This document shows positions 1 to 13,377 of a stretch of DNA of 64,000 bases, in pieces (the stretch's first letter is position 1; every line of letters starts with the position of its first letter). The notes under the pieces were generated by a model that ran no database searches, was not told the origin of the DNA, and was given only the letters and a program-made list of their open reading frames with translations. The position numbers and the translations under genes were made by a program. The stretch is taken from NCBI GenBank assembly GCA_051294375.1, contig CM119268.1:18306005-18370004 (forward strand), read 5' to 3'. This stretch comes from Paraspadella gotoi (lineage: Eukaryota > Animalia > Chaetognatha).

Positions 1-1675
1 TCATTGGGCGATCCGTTAACGTTTTCATCCACTTCAATGACCTTAGCAATGTGATCTTTCAATTGAACTTCGTTTTCATTGATGCCTTTGCGTCCGGCGT
101 CGACGTTTTCTCGTAAATGGGCCGCATCGACGCCGGTTTTGCTCGCGGCGTCAATTCCTTCTGGTTTAGTTATATTCTCGGCGGGGTCGTAGTTGCCGCC
201 GCCGCCGCCGCCGCCGCCACCGCAGCTCGTTTTTGTTTCGATTTTTATCGATCCTTCGCCGCCAATGACTCCGCCATCAAGGTCGCCTTCTACTTCAACC
301 CTTACGACACCTTCGACGCCACCTTCGACGCCACCTTCGACACCGCCATCTACGCGGCCATCGACGCGATCGAGATCTTCCTCCGTCGATTTGAAAATGG
401 ATTCAATCAGACGTTCAACTTCGAGAGAGTCACTCTCCCACGATTGACTCCGTTGCATCAGCTGTGAATAAAAATCAATTAAAATAAGTCAAATTAATAA
501 ATCAATCAAAATAAAATCAATCAAATCAATCAAATCAATCAATCAATACCTCGCTAACGTCGATCTCCTCGCCCACGACGCTTTCTGTGGCAGAGGCGTC
601 GCCACCGAAGATCTCTCCGTCGACGTCGAAGTCGACGAGCCGCTTGAGAGTCTCGGATGAGGGTCTTCGAGGCAGCCAGGTCTCGTCTCGGGTCTCGCTG
701 GAATCCTCCGCGGATGATTCGTCGTTTCGAGAGACGACAGGAGTTGATTCCACGATCCGATCAAGTTTCTCTTCCGGGAGGCGATCGTTTTGTGGAGAGA
801 GTTGAAGAGTTAATTTGGAATCGGGATCGACGACGAAGGATGGAACATCCGGATCAGTTAAAGCTTCAGCTGCGATAAAATGATTATCTTTCAAGATGGA
901 CTCATTTTTATTGGCAGCGTCGACTTTCGATTGGACGACGTCGACATTAGAACCCGGATCGACCGGTGAGCATAATCCGTTTTTCGTTGAAATCATTATT
1001 GGTCGAGGAAGAAGATGAAGCTTCCCTTTCGATCTCTGTTGACGAAGAGATCGAGGGAAGAATGACATCGACGGACTTCGTGGAGGAGACAGGTTCTTTC
1101 GTGTCGTTGTTTGTCGGCGGCGTAGGCAACGCGAAATCAGAGTCCGTATCAGTTCTAATTTTCGTCGGCACCTCATCCTCTCTCGCCACTTTATCCGTTA
1201 CCATCGCCTCTCTCTTCTCTTCAACGTCCGTCGGAGAGGAGATAGTTTGAGCGGAATGCGTCTTCATCGTCGCTTCCTTCGCCAACAAATTCACTTCCAA
1301 ATTCAAATCCTTTGGGTTTTTCATTTTGTCCTTCAACGGACTCATGATGCGAGACGAAAGATCCTTCAGATTATCCAAGATGTCGCTTTTCTCCATCGCT
1401 TCGTCCAGAATCAGTTTTTCCGCGATTTCTCGGTTCATTGGATCGACGCTGACAGTCACGTGACTGTCGTATTTTTCGATCGTTTCGTATTTGTTTCGTG
1501 TTTCGTCGTCGGCGTCGAGGGGCGCCGTCGGTTTGGAGACGACGACGCCGCCGACGATCGCGGCCGGCGTCGCCAAAGTCGGAGTTGACGCCGGTTTTGC
1601 CGAGACGACGGCGATGACGTCTTCGGAAGGAGACGAGGAATCGACGACGAAGGCGCGAGGGAGGGACTGTGTGTG

Positions 1676-1763
<88 letters not shown>

Positions 1764-4700
1764 AAGAGAGAGAGAATATATAAGAATATATAAAATAAAA
1801 ATTATAATCCACGGGCAAAGCATAAATTAATCAGTCAAATAATTTAAATATTAAACAAACATATTAAACAAACCCCCTCACCTTTCTGAACATCTCCTTC
1901 TTGCTCTTGGCCGTCATGTCCTCCAAGGCAGTCTGCATCTCGTCCGAGAGTCCGCCGAAGATCGAGTCGATGTCCACGCAGACTTCCTCGTAGCTTCTCG
2001 CGGGTTTGACGACCTCGTTGGCCCCACCGTTGCGGGCGTTGTCGTCGTCGTCGTCGCGGTTAGGAAAGACGACGGCTGGAATTTCGAAATATATATGAAT
2101 CGACTGTATTTATTTTTATCTGTCTGACTCACCGTCTGTCTGTTAATCTGTATGTCAGTCATTCTATCTGTCTCTCTCTCTGTCTGTTTGTTCGTCTGCC
2201 AATCTCACTTGTCTCTTCCTCGACGCTCAATCCGCTCAAGATGGTCGCCAGTTCAAGACTAAATCTCTCCATCATTTCTTCGGACGCAACGAGCGAGCTT
2301 TCCGATTTCGCCGCCGCTGCGAACACCGTCGCAGGAGCCGCCGTCGCCGACGCAGGAGCATCCGATGCTGCCGATGCTCCATCCGTCTGCAGCCCCGGCG
2401 CCGATTCGCAGAGAGCGAAGCTACGGCGCCATCGTCGCTTCAATTTTTGCAGCCTTGAGTTGAGAGGAAAAAAAACATGAACGTCTTTTGTCTTTTTTTT
2501 TCTTTCATCTAATTTTAAACTTCCTTACCTCCTTTAATAATCTGTAACACCTCAACCCACTACTTCCCTTACCCAACTTCTCCCCTTACCTTTCTAGATC
2601 AGCCTCAGACCCGCCTTTCAGGTGCTTTTCCGCGTCTCTCCAGGTGCAGAGGACCACGACGTCGTCAATCTTCTTCCTTTCGCCGTCGTCATCGTCGTCG
2701 TCGGGATCCTTGAGTCTCTCCATCCATCGTCGTCGCCATCTGACGGATGACTTGGGAATGTCCACCCCTGGAATGTATACAATGTTTATAATGTATACAA
2801 AAGTATAATACGAGGATCAAAGAATAAGCGTATAATTTTATAAAACGTAATAAACAAACATTTCTTTTTTGATTTGATTCACTCGAGTAAAACATTTTTA
2901 TCATCTCTCCTTTCCCCAAACGAACCCTTTGCGTCTCCGCTGCGTCTGAGGCTGCATTCGCGGCTGAGACTTTCGCCGCCACCGCCACCGCTTTCCAATT
3001 CCATGGAGGTGATTCCATTTTCGTCTAGGTAAGCGAAGGAGAGGGAATCTGGGGAAAATGAAAGGAATTAATGAGATATTGAAATTGAATTTATGAGACA
3101 GAAAAAAGCGAATAAATACGGAAATGTAAATATTTAGTAAAGATGAGAAATATTGTTCAAACTTGTTACTTTATAACTGTTACTTGTTAGATCATTCGTT
3201 ACTTTTTCTTGTTAACCGGGATTTCAAAGCGACTGTTTTTCACGATGACGCTGACCCAAACACACACGTGTCATATAGTTTCGAGACTGACAAGACACTA
3301 ACCATCTGTTTTAAGAATCACATATCGTACTGTTTTCGCTGAAACGAATTTCATCGACTGACTCGATATATCGTTGCCTTTCGTAATTCATGAAAAAATA
3401 GAAAGTTGTGACGCGCGAGGGCCGTTTAAATTAAAACTAGTTAAGAAATTAGGAAGTTGTCAAATGTATTGTATACAAGACAAGGTACAATTAAAAGTTA
3501 TTCAAGTGCATGCATGTAAATTAAAAACCCGCCTGGTAGAAAATTGAAAAACAATATAGGTGAGGGATAATTTATATTATACTTTTATAGTAATAGAGTA
3601 CGATATCAAAAACATATCTTACAACCTATTCGTTACCTGGCGACGACCCGGCGCTCCAGGAGGCGGCGTTCTCCAACGGCGCCATTTCCTGGCAAAACGA
3701 CGCCGACTCTCGCGACTCGCGGTAACCGGCGCCGCCGAGACAATCTCCTGGTGGCGCCGGCGCGGGCGGGGGCGGGGCGGCGTCGCCAAAGCGGGGCGCG
3801 ACGATGCGGGGAAGAGGAGGAGGAGAACGAGGAGGAGAACGAGAAGGAGATGGATGATTAGGGGAAGAACGGGGAGGCGGTTGGAAGGAAGGAATGAGTC
3901 GGACCAACCGGTAAACGACTGGGGAAGAGGAAGAGGATGAAGAGGAGGTGGAAGAGGATTCGGGCGCCGCCAGCGGGGGCGTCCCGATCGACCTCGACGG
4001 CGCCGGTGACTCTACGACGCGGCCGTGGGTCAGGATGAGCGTCAAACGGGTGAGGCGGGTAAGGCGAACCGGGGCATCGGTCGTGTTAGTGGAGGAGAGG
4101 GAGGGAGGGAGGAAGGAGGAACGCGCGGGGTTAGATTGAATTAGTGGATGAGAAGGAGGAGGAAGAGGATGAGGAGAAGGAGTAGGAGGAAAATGAGGAG
4201 GAGGAGGAAAGAAAAACGGATGAGGAAGAGAGGAGAGAGGAAGAGGACGAGGAGTAAAAGACGACGAGGCTTTAAGCGCTGGCGCCGATGGCGCTACGCC
4301 ACGAGCCGCTCTGTGGTCGATCTTGTGGTTATAGTTGTGGTCGTTTTTGTGGTTGTCGTTGTGGTTTTTTAGCCGGGATAAGCTCTTCTTACTCTCCCCG
4401 AAGTTTTCGCCAGAACTTTCCGTAGAAAATAATGACGATGAGACTCTCTCATCTTCCTCCTCCTCTTCTTCCTCTTCCTCCTCATCTCCCTCTCTCCTCC
4501 AACGCCTCGGCAAGACAATGGGCGAAGAAGGAGGAGGAAAGGAGGCCGACATGTCGGCCAAACATAGAGGAGGAAGAGAAGGAGGAAGACGACGAGGAAA
4601 GGGAGGCGAGGGAGAAGGAGAAAGAAGAGAGGACGGAGGATCGGCGGGAGGAAAGACGAGACGAATCGCGCCGAGAGCGGTGGTGGGGGTTGGTGCGGAT

Positions 4701-6289
4701 GGGCGTGGAGGGTGGGCGCGTCTGTCGTCGATTTCGGCGTCGTGGCGGCGTCGACGAGTGAATCGGAGCAGCGCCTCTGTCGTCGTTGTGGTTGTGGACG
4801 CCGTCCAAGGGAGGGAAGGATCGATGGAAGAAGCGAGGAAGGAGGAGGCGGCGAAGGAAGCGGAAACGGAAGCGAAGGAAGCGGAAGCGAAGGAAGCGGA
4901 AGCGAGCGAGGAAGACGAAACGTAGCGGCGTCGGCGTCGTCGAATAATTCCACACGGCGCGCAACCGAGGAGCGTTCGAGACGAGGATGAAGACGAACGT
5001 GCGGCGCCGCGGCGACGCGATCCTCCTTTCGGGGGTCGCGGCGTCGCGACGGGAAAAACGGCGCCTCGAGAAAAGGCGCCGATTTCTGAGCGGACGGCGT
5101 CGAATCGCGGCGCGTTTCGTGAGAGTCGACGGTGAATCGTGGCTGTTTGTTTATTTCGTTTTGTTAGTTAAGTTTCAATTTTTGGATAGAAGGGTTTTCG
5201 AGTGTTGAATGAAAGATGGTTAGTTCGTTAGATAGTGTTTTTTGAGTTTGTTGTTTATAAAGTCAGACATTTTAATGAAGGCGATAAAAAGCGGGAACAA
5301 AGTAACAACGAAAGATCACGAAAGGTTAAAAGTGAGAGGAAGAAAAAGCGAGCGAAAAGCGGGAATTAATGACGAAAAACTACGACTATAAATTTTGTTT
5401 TTGTCTTTTTTTTTTTAAATTGCTTAAAACTTTTTTTTCGAAGACAAATTAATTTAACTAAATAACATTTGTTCATTGTCTATGGTCTATTATAAAAAAT
5501 ATTTTTCAAAACTCACCCACTGAGAATCGCGGGGAAGGATTTCGTCAAACGGGGGAAGAATCGTGAATTTGTTGAATTTAATATCAGCAAAAAGCGGGAT
5601 TGCATGTCTCACTCGAGGGCGGAACCACCATGCGAAGAATTTACTTAATCGCGAATTGACGACTACCATTTATTGCAAAAGGATTTAGGGTTATTCATGC
5701 GCAGCGTAAGCTAAACATTGACGCTTTTATATTTAGACTCGATTCAGATGCTTTTGTTAATTTTGTTTCAACAAGACTTGTGACTAAAGAGACTCAAATA
5801 TCAAAATATAGAAGCACAAATACGAATTAAGCAGTTCGAAGGAAACCGTTGGACTAACATATACATTAACCTTTTTTGGTAGTAACCATAATTCCNNNNN
5901 NNNNNGAAACCGTTGGACTAATGGTAGTAACCATAATCCTTTGATTAAAACATTTGTCTCATATCATATCGCTCTTAACATGTCCCTTCCCGATCCTGCA
6001 AGAAAATGAGTTGAGTCAATCCCACCCGCGCCTTACTTTTGAGGTCGTCGTCGTCGTCGTCGCCGAAACCAATCCTCAAAATTCTTTTCTTCTTTCCTCC
6101 AGTTTTTTCTTCTCCACCTTCGTCTCTCTTGTCATCCTCACCCACGCAGATGGAAGACCTATTGCAGGCCCACGCCGTCGGGCGGGATTTTTTCGAAGCG
6201 GCGCCCGAGGCTGAAGTGGGCGTCACCGGTGGTGAAGCGGCGTCGTCGGCGTCCTGAGCTTTGGCGCCGGCGCCGGCCGTGTTTCCCAT
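1..6289 (-). CDS. Large multi-exon low-complexity (probably disordered) protein of unknown function; 3' end lies outside the window
   Basis: Phase-compatible GT-AG exons: 6289-6037, 5142-3637, 3048-2926, 2767-2590, 2453-2209, 2075-1882, 1666-550, 461-<1. Starts MGNTAGAG. Ser/Pro/Asp/Glu-rich, no domain recognised. One frame switch is needed near 980 (homopolymer run). Confidence 0.7.
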
Positions 6290-7431
6290 TCCGAGCGAGC
6301 GAAAGAGGGTCTCGTGACTCTTGTTTAATAGATAGTATTGTACTGTTAGAGTATTTCATACAATAGGAATACAAAACATTGTTGTTACAATTTATACTGT
6401 AGGAACCTTTTTTACGTTTTGTTGTTTCATGAAACTTTATTTACCTTTTTCTGTTTTGTTACAATTTTTTCGGAGTTAATCTGTTTTCTCCACGATCACC
6501 AGTTGTTTCGGGGTTATCTTTCAAAAACAGTTTTTCACAGGCGATTTTCAAGGTTCACTGTCCTTCGCAGGCGCTCACTGGCGTTATAGATGTTCTCTTC
6601 ATTGTCGGAAAATTTATTGCATGATTGGAAAATTATCGATCTTTAGAAAAAGCAGACGTCGTTGAATCAAAGATTCATTTCTATTATTATTATATTATTT
6701 TTCTTTAATTTTTAGGCGCAACGAAGGAAATGATTGATCGCGGATCGAGCAACGATCACGTCGATGCAGTTCGTAGAAAATATTTCGATGCGCTGATCAA
6801 TACTGTAATCAGCTATTGAATACTGCATTCAACTATTGACTCAGCGGTTCATATAAATTAAAATAAACTAATCGTATTGGATACTGAATTCATTGCGTTT
6901 TCCTACTAAAAAAAAATCGACTGTATCCGGTTTATCGTTGAATTGTTTTAGGACGATCAACTCACTCATCATTTGTTGTGATTCATTCGTTGAGATCGAA
7001 ATATTTCTGAGCCTCGGAAATTAAAAAATGGGGATCAGTCAGAGATTCAACGATTTTCTTTTTCTTTCTTTTTTTTCCCTATACTTTCTTTTTCGTATTT
7101 TTTTTTCTTTGTGGTTTTTCTTTTCTCGTTTTTTGAAGCAACAAAAACCAGAAGGGATCCCAGACGTCGGCCCAGATCGATCGCCCTCGATCTCTTCCGA
7201 GCGTCGGGCATCTCCGATCGACGCATCCCGGACGAGCATTTGGAAGTTGTTGTTCTCATCGTCGTTGTTGTTGTTGTTGCTTTCCCGACACTTCAATGTT
7301 TAATACGTTAGTAAAGGGTTGTTGGAATTTACTTTACTTGCTGTTGTTGGCCTAAAATTAATATTCTAACCTTGTGGTAAATTTTAAATGTTGTTATGTT
7401 TTTATATTAACCATTTTTTCCTTACTTTTAC

Positions 7432-7525
<94 letters not shown>

Positions 7526-7834
7526 CAGACAGAAAGACGTTCAATGTTTAACGGTTACCATTAACTGCCAAAGAATAGTCTTCCTTCATTTATATTCTCC
7601 TTTCGATGTTTTTTCTCCTTTCTTCCCCATTCGTTTCTCTTCTCTAAATATCTCTCTCTTCTCTTCTTGTTCTCTCTCCTTTTCTGTTCTCTCTCTTCTC
7701 TTTTTGTTCTCTCTCTTTTCTTTTTTTTCTCTCTCTTCTCTTTTTTTATCTCTCTTCTCTTTTTTTCACTTTCTTCTCCTTTTATCTCTCTCTTTCCTTT
7801 TTCTTTTCTTTCTTTCTGTCTTTCTGTCTTTCGG

Positions 7835-7882
<48 letters not shown>

Positions 7883-8599
7883 TTTTCTCTTTCTTTCTCT
7901 CTTTCTTCTCTCTCTTATTTTTCTCTTTTCATTTTTTCTTTCTCTCGCTCTTCTCCTTTTCTTTCTTCCCTTTGTTTTCTTCCCTGAAAGTTTTCGATCA
8001 TCTTTCTCGCGATTTTTAATGGGAACCCATATTGCAAATAAGAAACGCCCGCGGTGGGGTAGGGAGGGGGCTGTGGAAGAGAGGGCTGTGGAAGAGGGGG
8101 CTGTGGAAGAGAGGGCAAGCCCGACGCCTCGAGGTGCTATGTACGAATGCGTAAAATGTCGATGATGGGGAAAGAATTGAGAATCCTGATTGGCGAGTAA
8201 TAGTATTCTAATTTTCCAGATTACGCTTTAGACATTAAATGTACTATTTAGTGAAAAAGTACGGCCAATTACTTACAGTAAGGTAAATAACGAAAGATCA
8301 ACGATAACGAAATATTAAAGATACAGATTCCGAGGACGATAATGAAGACGATTAATAATCTAAATAGAAATGAATACAGTGGAACGAAACGGAAAGGAAT
8401 TTGGCTTCTTTTTCTTTTCATTTTAGAGGCGCGTTTAATCTCCCTTGTAATTGTTTTCCTTCCGTCGAAAGCCAAAGAATTTCATCGAAATCACTGGGGA
8501 TAATTTGTTAAGCGATCTACAATATTAGTGCTTGTAGTGTGGAAAGATTCTAAATAACAAATTATTTAACGCTTTTCGTTTTAAGTTAGGAAATTGATA

Positions 8600-8835
8600 C
8601 AACCAATATAAAAATTATCCATTCATTCAATAAATAAGCTATCTTGCCCCTGACTTTTGACAGGCTTTGGTCTTTTAAGGCCTCCATCACTCTTAAAAAA
8701 TAATGATATAGCAGGTCCCTGCAAGCTTTCAATCAAGGCTCTCTCACAGTCTCGTTTATTCACTCCCAGAATACCTGGCTTCCCTATCATTATTTAATTT
8801 CTATCAAAGAAAATCTTTCAAACACGATTGTAAAA
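8600..8835. repeat. Dispersed repeat family
   Basis: Reverse-complement copies at ~46160-46440 and ~46530-46730; a partial copy lies in the knottin gene 2 intron (~13885-13980). Confidence 0.8.
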
Positions 8836-9681
8836 TAAAAAAAAATTAACTCAACAATTGAAGCCATTTTCTCAAAGTTAAAGCCGGAAAATTTTCCTAA
8901 TGAGAAGACACTCAATGAATCGTAAAAGCGAAGAGCGATGAATACGAACCGGTAATGTAATAGAATTCACAATCCCAGCCATAATTCTGTCAATTTTCTC
9001 TCTTTCTTTTTTTTTTCTCTGCGTGAGATCCTTTTCTCTAGAAAAAAGGGAATTAGATTTAATTTTTTTTTTTTTGCGAAAACATTTATTAAACAAACCA
9101 AAAAAAATTAAATTGATGAAAAAAAAAGGTGTTTTCAAAGCATAATGAATAGAAATGAATATAAAAAACCCATATTGCTATTTAACGGTACAAAAGGAAT
9201 AAATCGCATGGCTTTGAATAAAATTATAAACAAGAATGTATGAAGCTTTTATAATATATTTTTTATATTCAGTAGTAAAACAAGTAATCCTAAAATTTTC
9301 ATAGTAATGGAAAAAAGAATCAAATAGAACTACGTATACAATAAACAAAACAAAATAAATAAAAAGGAAAAAAATATAATTTTTTTACGCTTCTAATTTT
9401 TTTCCTTTGTTTAAAAAAAAAAGAATTAAGCGGCGCGGGCAGTTAGTTTAGTCGCCCGTTTGTTAACGTCTCGACGAAATCTATTAACTTCTGGTCTTCG
9501 TTAGTTGGAGGGTGACCCCGTCTCCTCTTCGTCTCCTCTCTAAATTCAATATTTTTTTGGGGCAAGAAAAAAATATATTTTGGGGACTCGGATTTGGTTG
9601 TTTTTTTGTGTGTGTGTGGAAAAAGCCGGGGGTTTAACAGTTAAGATATTTTTAGGTCTAAACCTGGTGTAAAACCAGAAG

Positions 9682-9906
9682 ATGGGAGAAATGAAATTCG
9701 TAAAACGTTTAGTTTTCGTCGTCGTCTTTTTGTTGATCCAGGTGAGGCGACTTACCACGGGGCTTATTTCGTAAATTTGTATGCCGATTTATTTTTGATT
9801 AATGTTGTGTATTTAAAAAAAAATATTTATCTATTCATTTATTTCTTTATTTATTTCTTTATTTATCTCTTTTTACTTTTATCTATTTATTTACTTAAAA
9901 ATTCAT

Positions 9907-9997
<91 letters not shown>

Positions 9998-10361
9998 TTT
10001 TTGTTTACTTTTCAACTAATTATCTATTTGTTTACTTATGAGTCTTCTACACTTATTTTTATATTTCACGTATTTTGTTAATAATTTACTTGATTTTTTT
10101 TCTGTTCTAAAAAATATTTACTTCTATAAAATTATAAATTTCTAATAGTTAAATAATTAAATTAACGTTTTAAAGTTAAACGCCGGCGACGCGCATCCTT
10201 CGCGTTGCGCGCCGCAGCATCATCCCTGCGGCGCCGGCCATGTTCCCTGCTGCTCCGTGGCGCCCATCTGTGATTGCAACTCCTTCGGCATCTGCAACTG
10301 CAAGGCGGTGCCGGGCCCGCGTCCGCATGAGATAGTACATCCCTTGGTGAGATCACACAAG

Positions 10362-10448
<87 letters not shown>

Positions 10449-12435
10449 CCTTTCTGTCGAAGCTGACAACGATGTTTAATAGAGCGATGATCGGCGATTG
10501 CTGTTTTTGTCATGAGAGTACAAAGAATCTGGAACTTAATCTGTAAAATTAAACGAAAATTCGAAGCCTGATTTTAACTTCAAAACTCAGGCCAGTTGCG
10601 GCAGGCTTAATCATCCATGCGGCAAACAGCATTCGCCCTGCTGCAGCGACAGTCCCATCTGCAACTGCGTCGACAAAATCGGGCTGCGCTGCATCTGCAG
10701 CCGCGGACCCAAATACGGATTTTTCGACTATCATAGGATCGCGGCAGGTGAGGACACCGTTGGTGGTGAGGTGAACTTTAAAGAGAAACGGAATAATCGT
10801 AATGTTTACATAAATTTATATTGGTCTATCCCTACTAGTATACTCGCTACATTTTTTTTTTGGCCTAAATATTATCTAATATTTTATTCTCTCTTCTAAA
10901 GTGGCTGGGGTCATGGGCTAATGGTTTTACCCATTGAAGTAGTAGGTCCTGACTGGAAGTAAACGCTACTTCTACAAATACAAATAGCGGAATGAATTAT
11001 AACAATAACAATGCCCGGTTCCCTTCCTTCAGGCGAATACCTCGTTCCGGGCCACGCGGCGGCGGCCTCGGCGCGCCTCGTCGTCCCTCCTTCCATCGCC
11101 GACTCGAATCCGGCGTCCCTCGTTAGGTCTCCTTCGTCGACGCCGAGACATTCTTCGGTTTCGTTCGGATCCCGTCCGGCGAGGCCGACTTTTCCGGAGA
11201 GTCGTTCCCCGGAGGAATACGAGGAGCCGGCGGCGAAGACTCGGCCGGAAGAGAAGAGATTGGAAACGCCGGAAAATGGAGGAGGATCTTGGAGAGAAGA
11301 GGACTCGGTCGATCGATGGGAACCGGTGGGAGAACCGGAAACCAAGTGGAGATGGGAATCAGAATGGGAGCCGGAGTGGGAAAAAGAACCGGAAACGGAA
11401 ACAGATTCTGGAAGAGAAGTGGAGTTTGAATGGGAAACTGAATCTAGACTTGGATCTGAGTGGGAATTGGATCCGGAAATGAAACCACAACCTCAACCTG
11501 AACCAGAACCTCAACCAGAACCTCAACCTGAACCAGAATATATACCAGAATGGGAACCAGAACCTGAACCGGAACCTGAGCCAGAATATATACCAGAATG
11601 GGAACCTGAACCTGAACCAGAACCTGAACCCAAATATGAACCAGAATGGGAACCACAACCTGAACCAGAACCTGAGCCAGAATATATACCAGAATGGAAA
11701 CCTGAACCGGAACCAGAAAATATACCAGAATGGGATCCTCAACCTGAATCGGAACATGAACCCAAACATGAAACAGAATGGGAACCACAACCTGAACCTG
11801 AACCAGAAAATATTCCAGAATGGGAACCAGACCCTGAACGAGAACCTAATTACGTAATCAAAAGGCAACCCGGACCTGAAATTGAATCAGAACCGGATAC
11901 CAGAACTAATCTGGTTGAACCCCAAACTGAATCGAATTCTTATTGGGAAGAAAAAGAATCAGAACCAGTAATTGATTCCATACCTGAATATAAACACGAA
12001 CCAGCAGAGGAAGATTCTGAATCTGAGTGGGACTCCAAAGCCAATTGGGACTCAGAACCCGAATGGGATTCAGGACCTGGACTTGATTCGCTTCCTGAAC
12101 GGGATTCTACGGAAGAAGAACCAGAGCCGGAATGGGATCCGGGAACAGACTGGGAGACGGAATGGGATCCGGGAACAGACTGGGAGACGGGATGGGAAGA
12201 GGAAGACTACGATGAACCGGGAATTCCTCTGAGAGGAAACAAGGAACCGAATTCTGAGGGATTGGATGACGGATTCGGCCGGAAAAGCGATTTGCCGATG
12301 AGGGGAGACAATCCGGACGAAGACGAGGAGGAGGATGAAACGGACGTTGTCTACAATAGGTTGGAAATCTTGCCGGAAAAGCCGGAGGACAAGGACGAAG
12401 ATTACAAATACGAGTATGAATACTACGATTATTGA
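9682..12435 (+). CDS. Secreted knottin precursor 1: signal peptide, 2 HPCG knottin domains, long acidic Pro/Glu/Trp-repeat tail (~596 aa)
   Basis: Exons 9682-9741, 10176-10346, 10591-10747, 11033-12435 (intron phases 0,0,1; 1791 nt total). Signal-like [23 protein letters not shown]. Domains [32 protein letters not shown] and [46 protein letters not shown] repeats; ends [13 protein letters not shown]. Confidence 0.85.
9905..10447. repeat. Intronic microsatellites (TTTA)n at 9905-9998 and (TGT)n(TGA)n at 10362-10447, in knottin gene 1
   Basis: Seen directly; these create the spurious poly-His/Gln and poly-Met ORFs. Confidence 0.95.
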
Positions 12436-13377
12436 TTACGGTGTTTGTTATATGTTTGTTTACTAACTAGTCCTGGTTTCGACGATTTAAAAGAAAGTGT
12501 TTGGTTTACTTGCTTTGAATTCCGTATTTTTGTTATTTAGCTCTTTTGTGGATATTTTGAAAGAAGAACTTGTTAATTCATTCATTTATTCATTAATTAC
12601 AATTTTAACAAAAATTTTTTCCATTTAAAAAATCATTTTAATGACACCAACAAAAAAAGCTAATGATCTTTTCTTTTAAAATCTCCTTGTAGATTATAAT
12701 AAACAAGGTAAAGCTTGAAAAACATTGTGGAAATGATTGTTTGCAACGGTAAAAAAGTTAAAATGAAAAAGGATTTAAGCAAAGTTAAAAACATAAAAAC
12801 CACAGTTAAAATATATGAAAACTTACCCTTTTAAATTAGTAGAAAAATCGGAAATTTTGTTAGTGTGATCCCTATGATGGAAAACATAAGAACATATCTG
12901 CGAAAATGAGCTATTTTAAAAGAAAGCCAGCAGTGAAGTAATGCCATCTCTGTTCGACTTTTAAATAGCACCGGAGAATATCAGTGGGATTTTCATCTGC
13001 TAATCTGCGTTGATCTCAGTGAATTATACCTAAAAGAAACTATCGATCCATCAAATGGGTTTTTTCTTGTCGGGCGGCGCTTGACAAGTGAAGACCATAT
13101 GAGGAAGAAAGCAAAAAATTGTTTTTTTCTTCTTATGTCTGACGAAAAAAAAATATCTTTTTTTAAATTTGATGAAGGAAAAAGAAGTCAGGAGCCTGAA
13201 ATGATTTTTACGTCGCTGGTAAAAATACGAGTTCGCCTTTTTGATAAAAAAAAAGTCACAATTTTATATTTTGAAAATCCCAGAGAATTTTTCTTTCAAA
13301 AAAATTTATCAAAACTTTTTGCAACTGTAGAAACTAAAATTTTGGCAGAAATCGAAAACTAAAAAAACAAAAACAAA

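Noticed and set aside
3560-5208. Plus-strand Arg/Glu-rich ORFs
   Set aside because: Antisense to a minus-strand exon that has matching splice sites and phases.
7374-8165. 263-aa hydrophobic ORF and similar (ER)n/(LS)n ORFs across 24-28 kb, 32 kb and 54 kb
   Set aside because: Translations of AG/CT microsatellites and pyrimidine tracts.
10220-10546. Poly-His/Gln and poly-Leu/Met ORFs
   Set aside because: Translations of an intronic (TGT)n(TGA)n microsatellite, partly antisense to a real exon.
11276-12232. Alternative-frame and antisense ORFs (FWFRF, VQV and NQN repeats)
   Set aside because: Shadows of the EPEW repeat exon. Only the EPEW frame matches the upstream splice phase.
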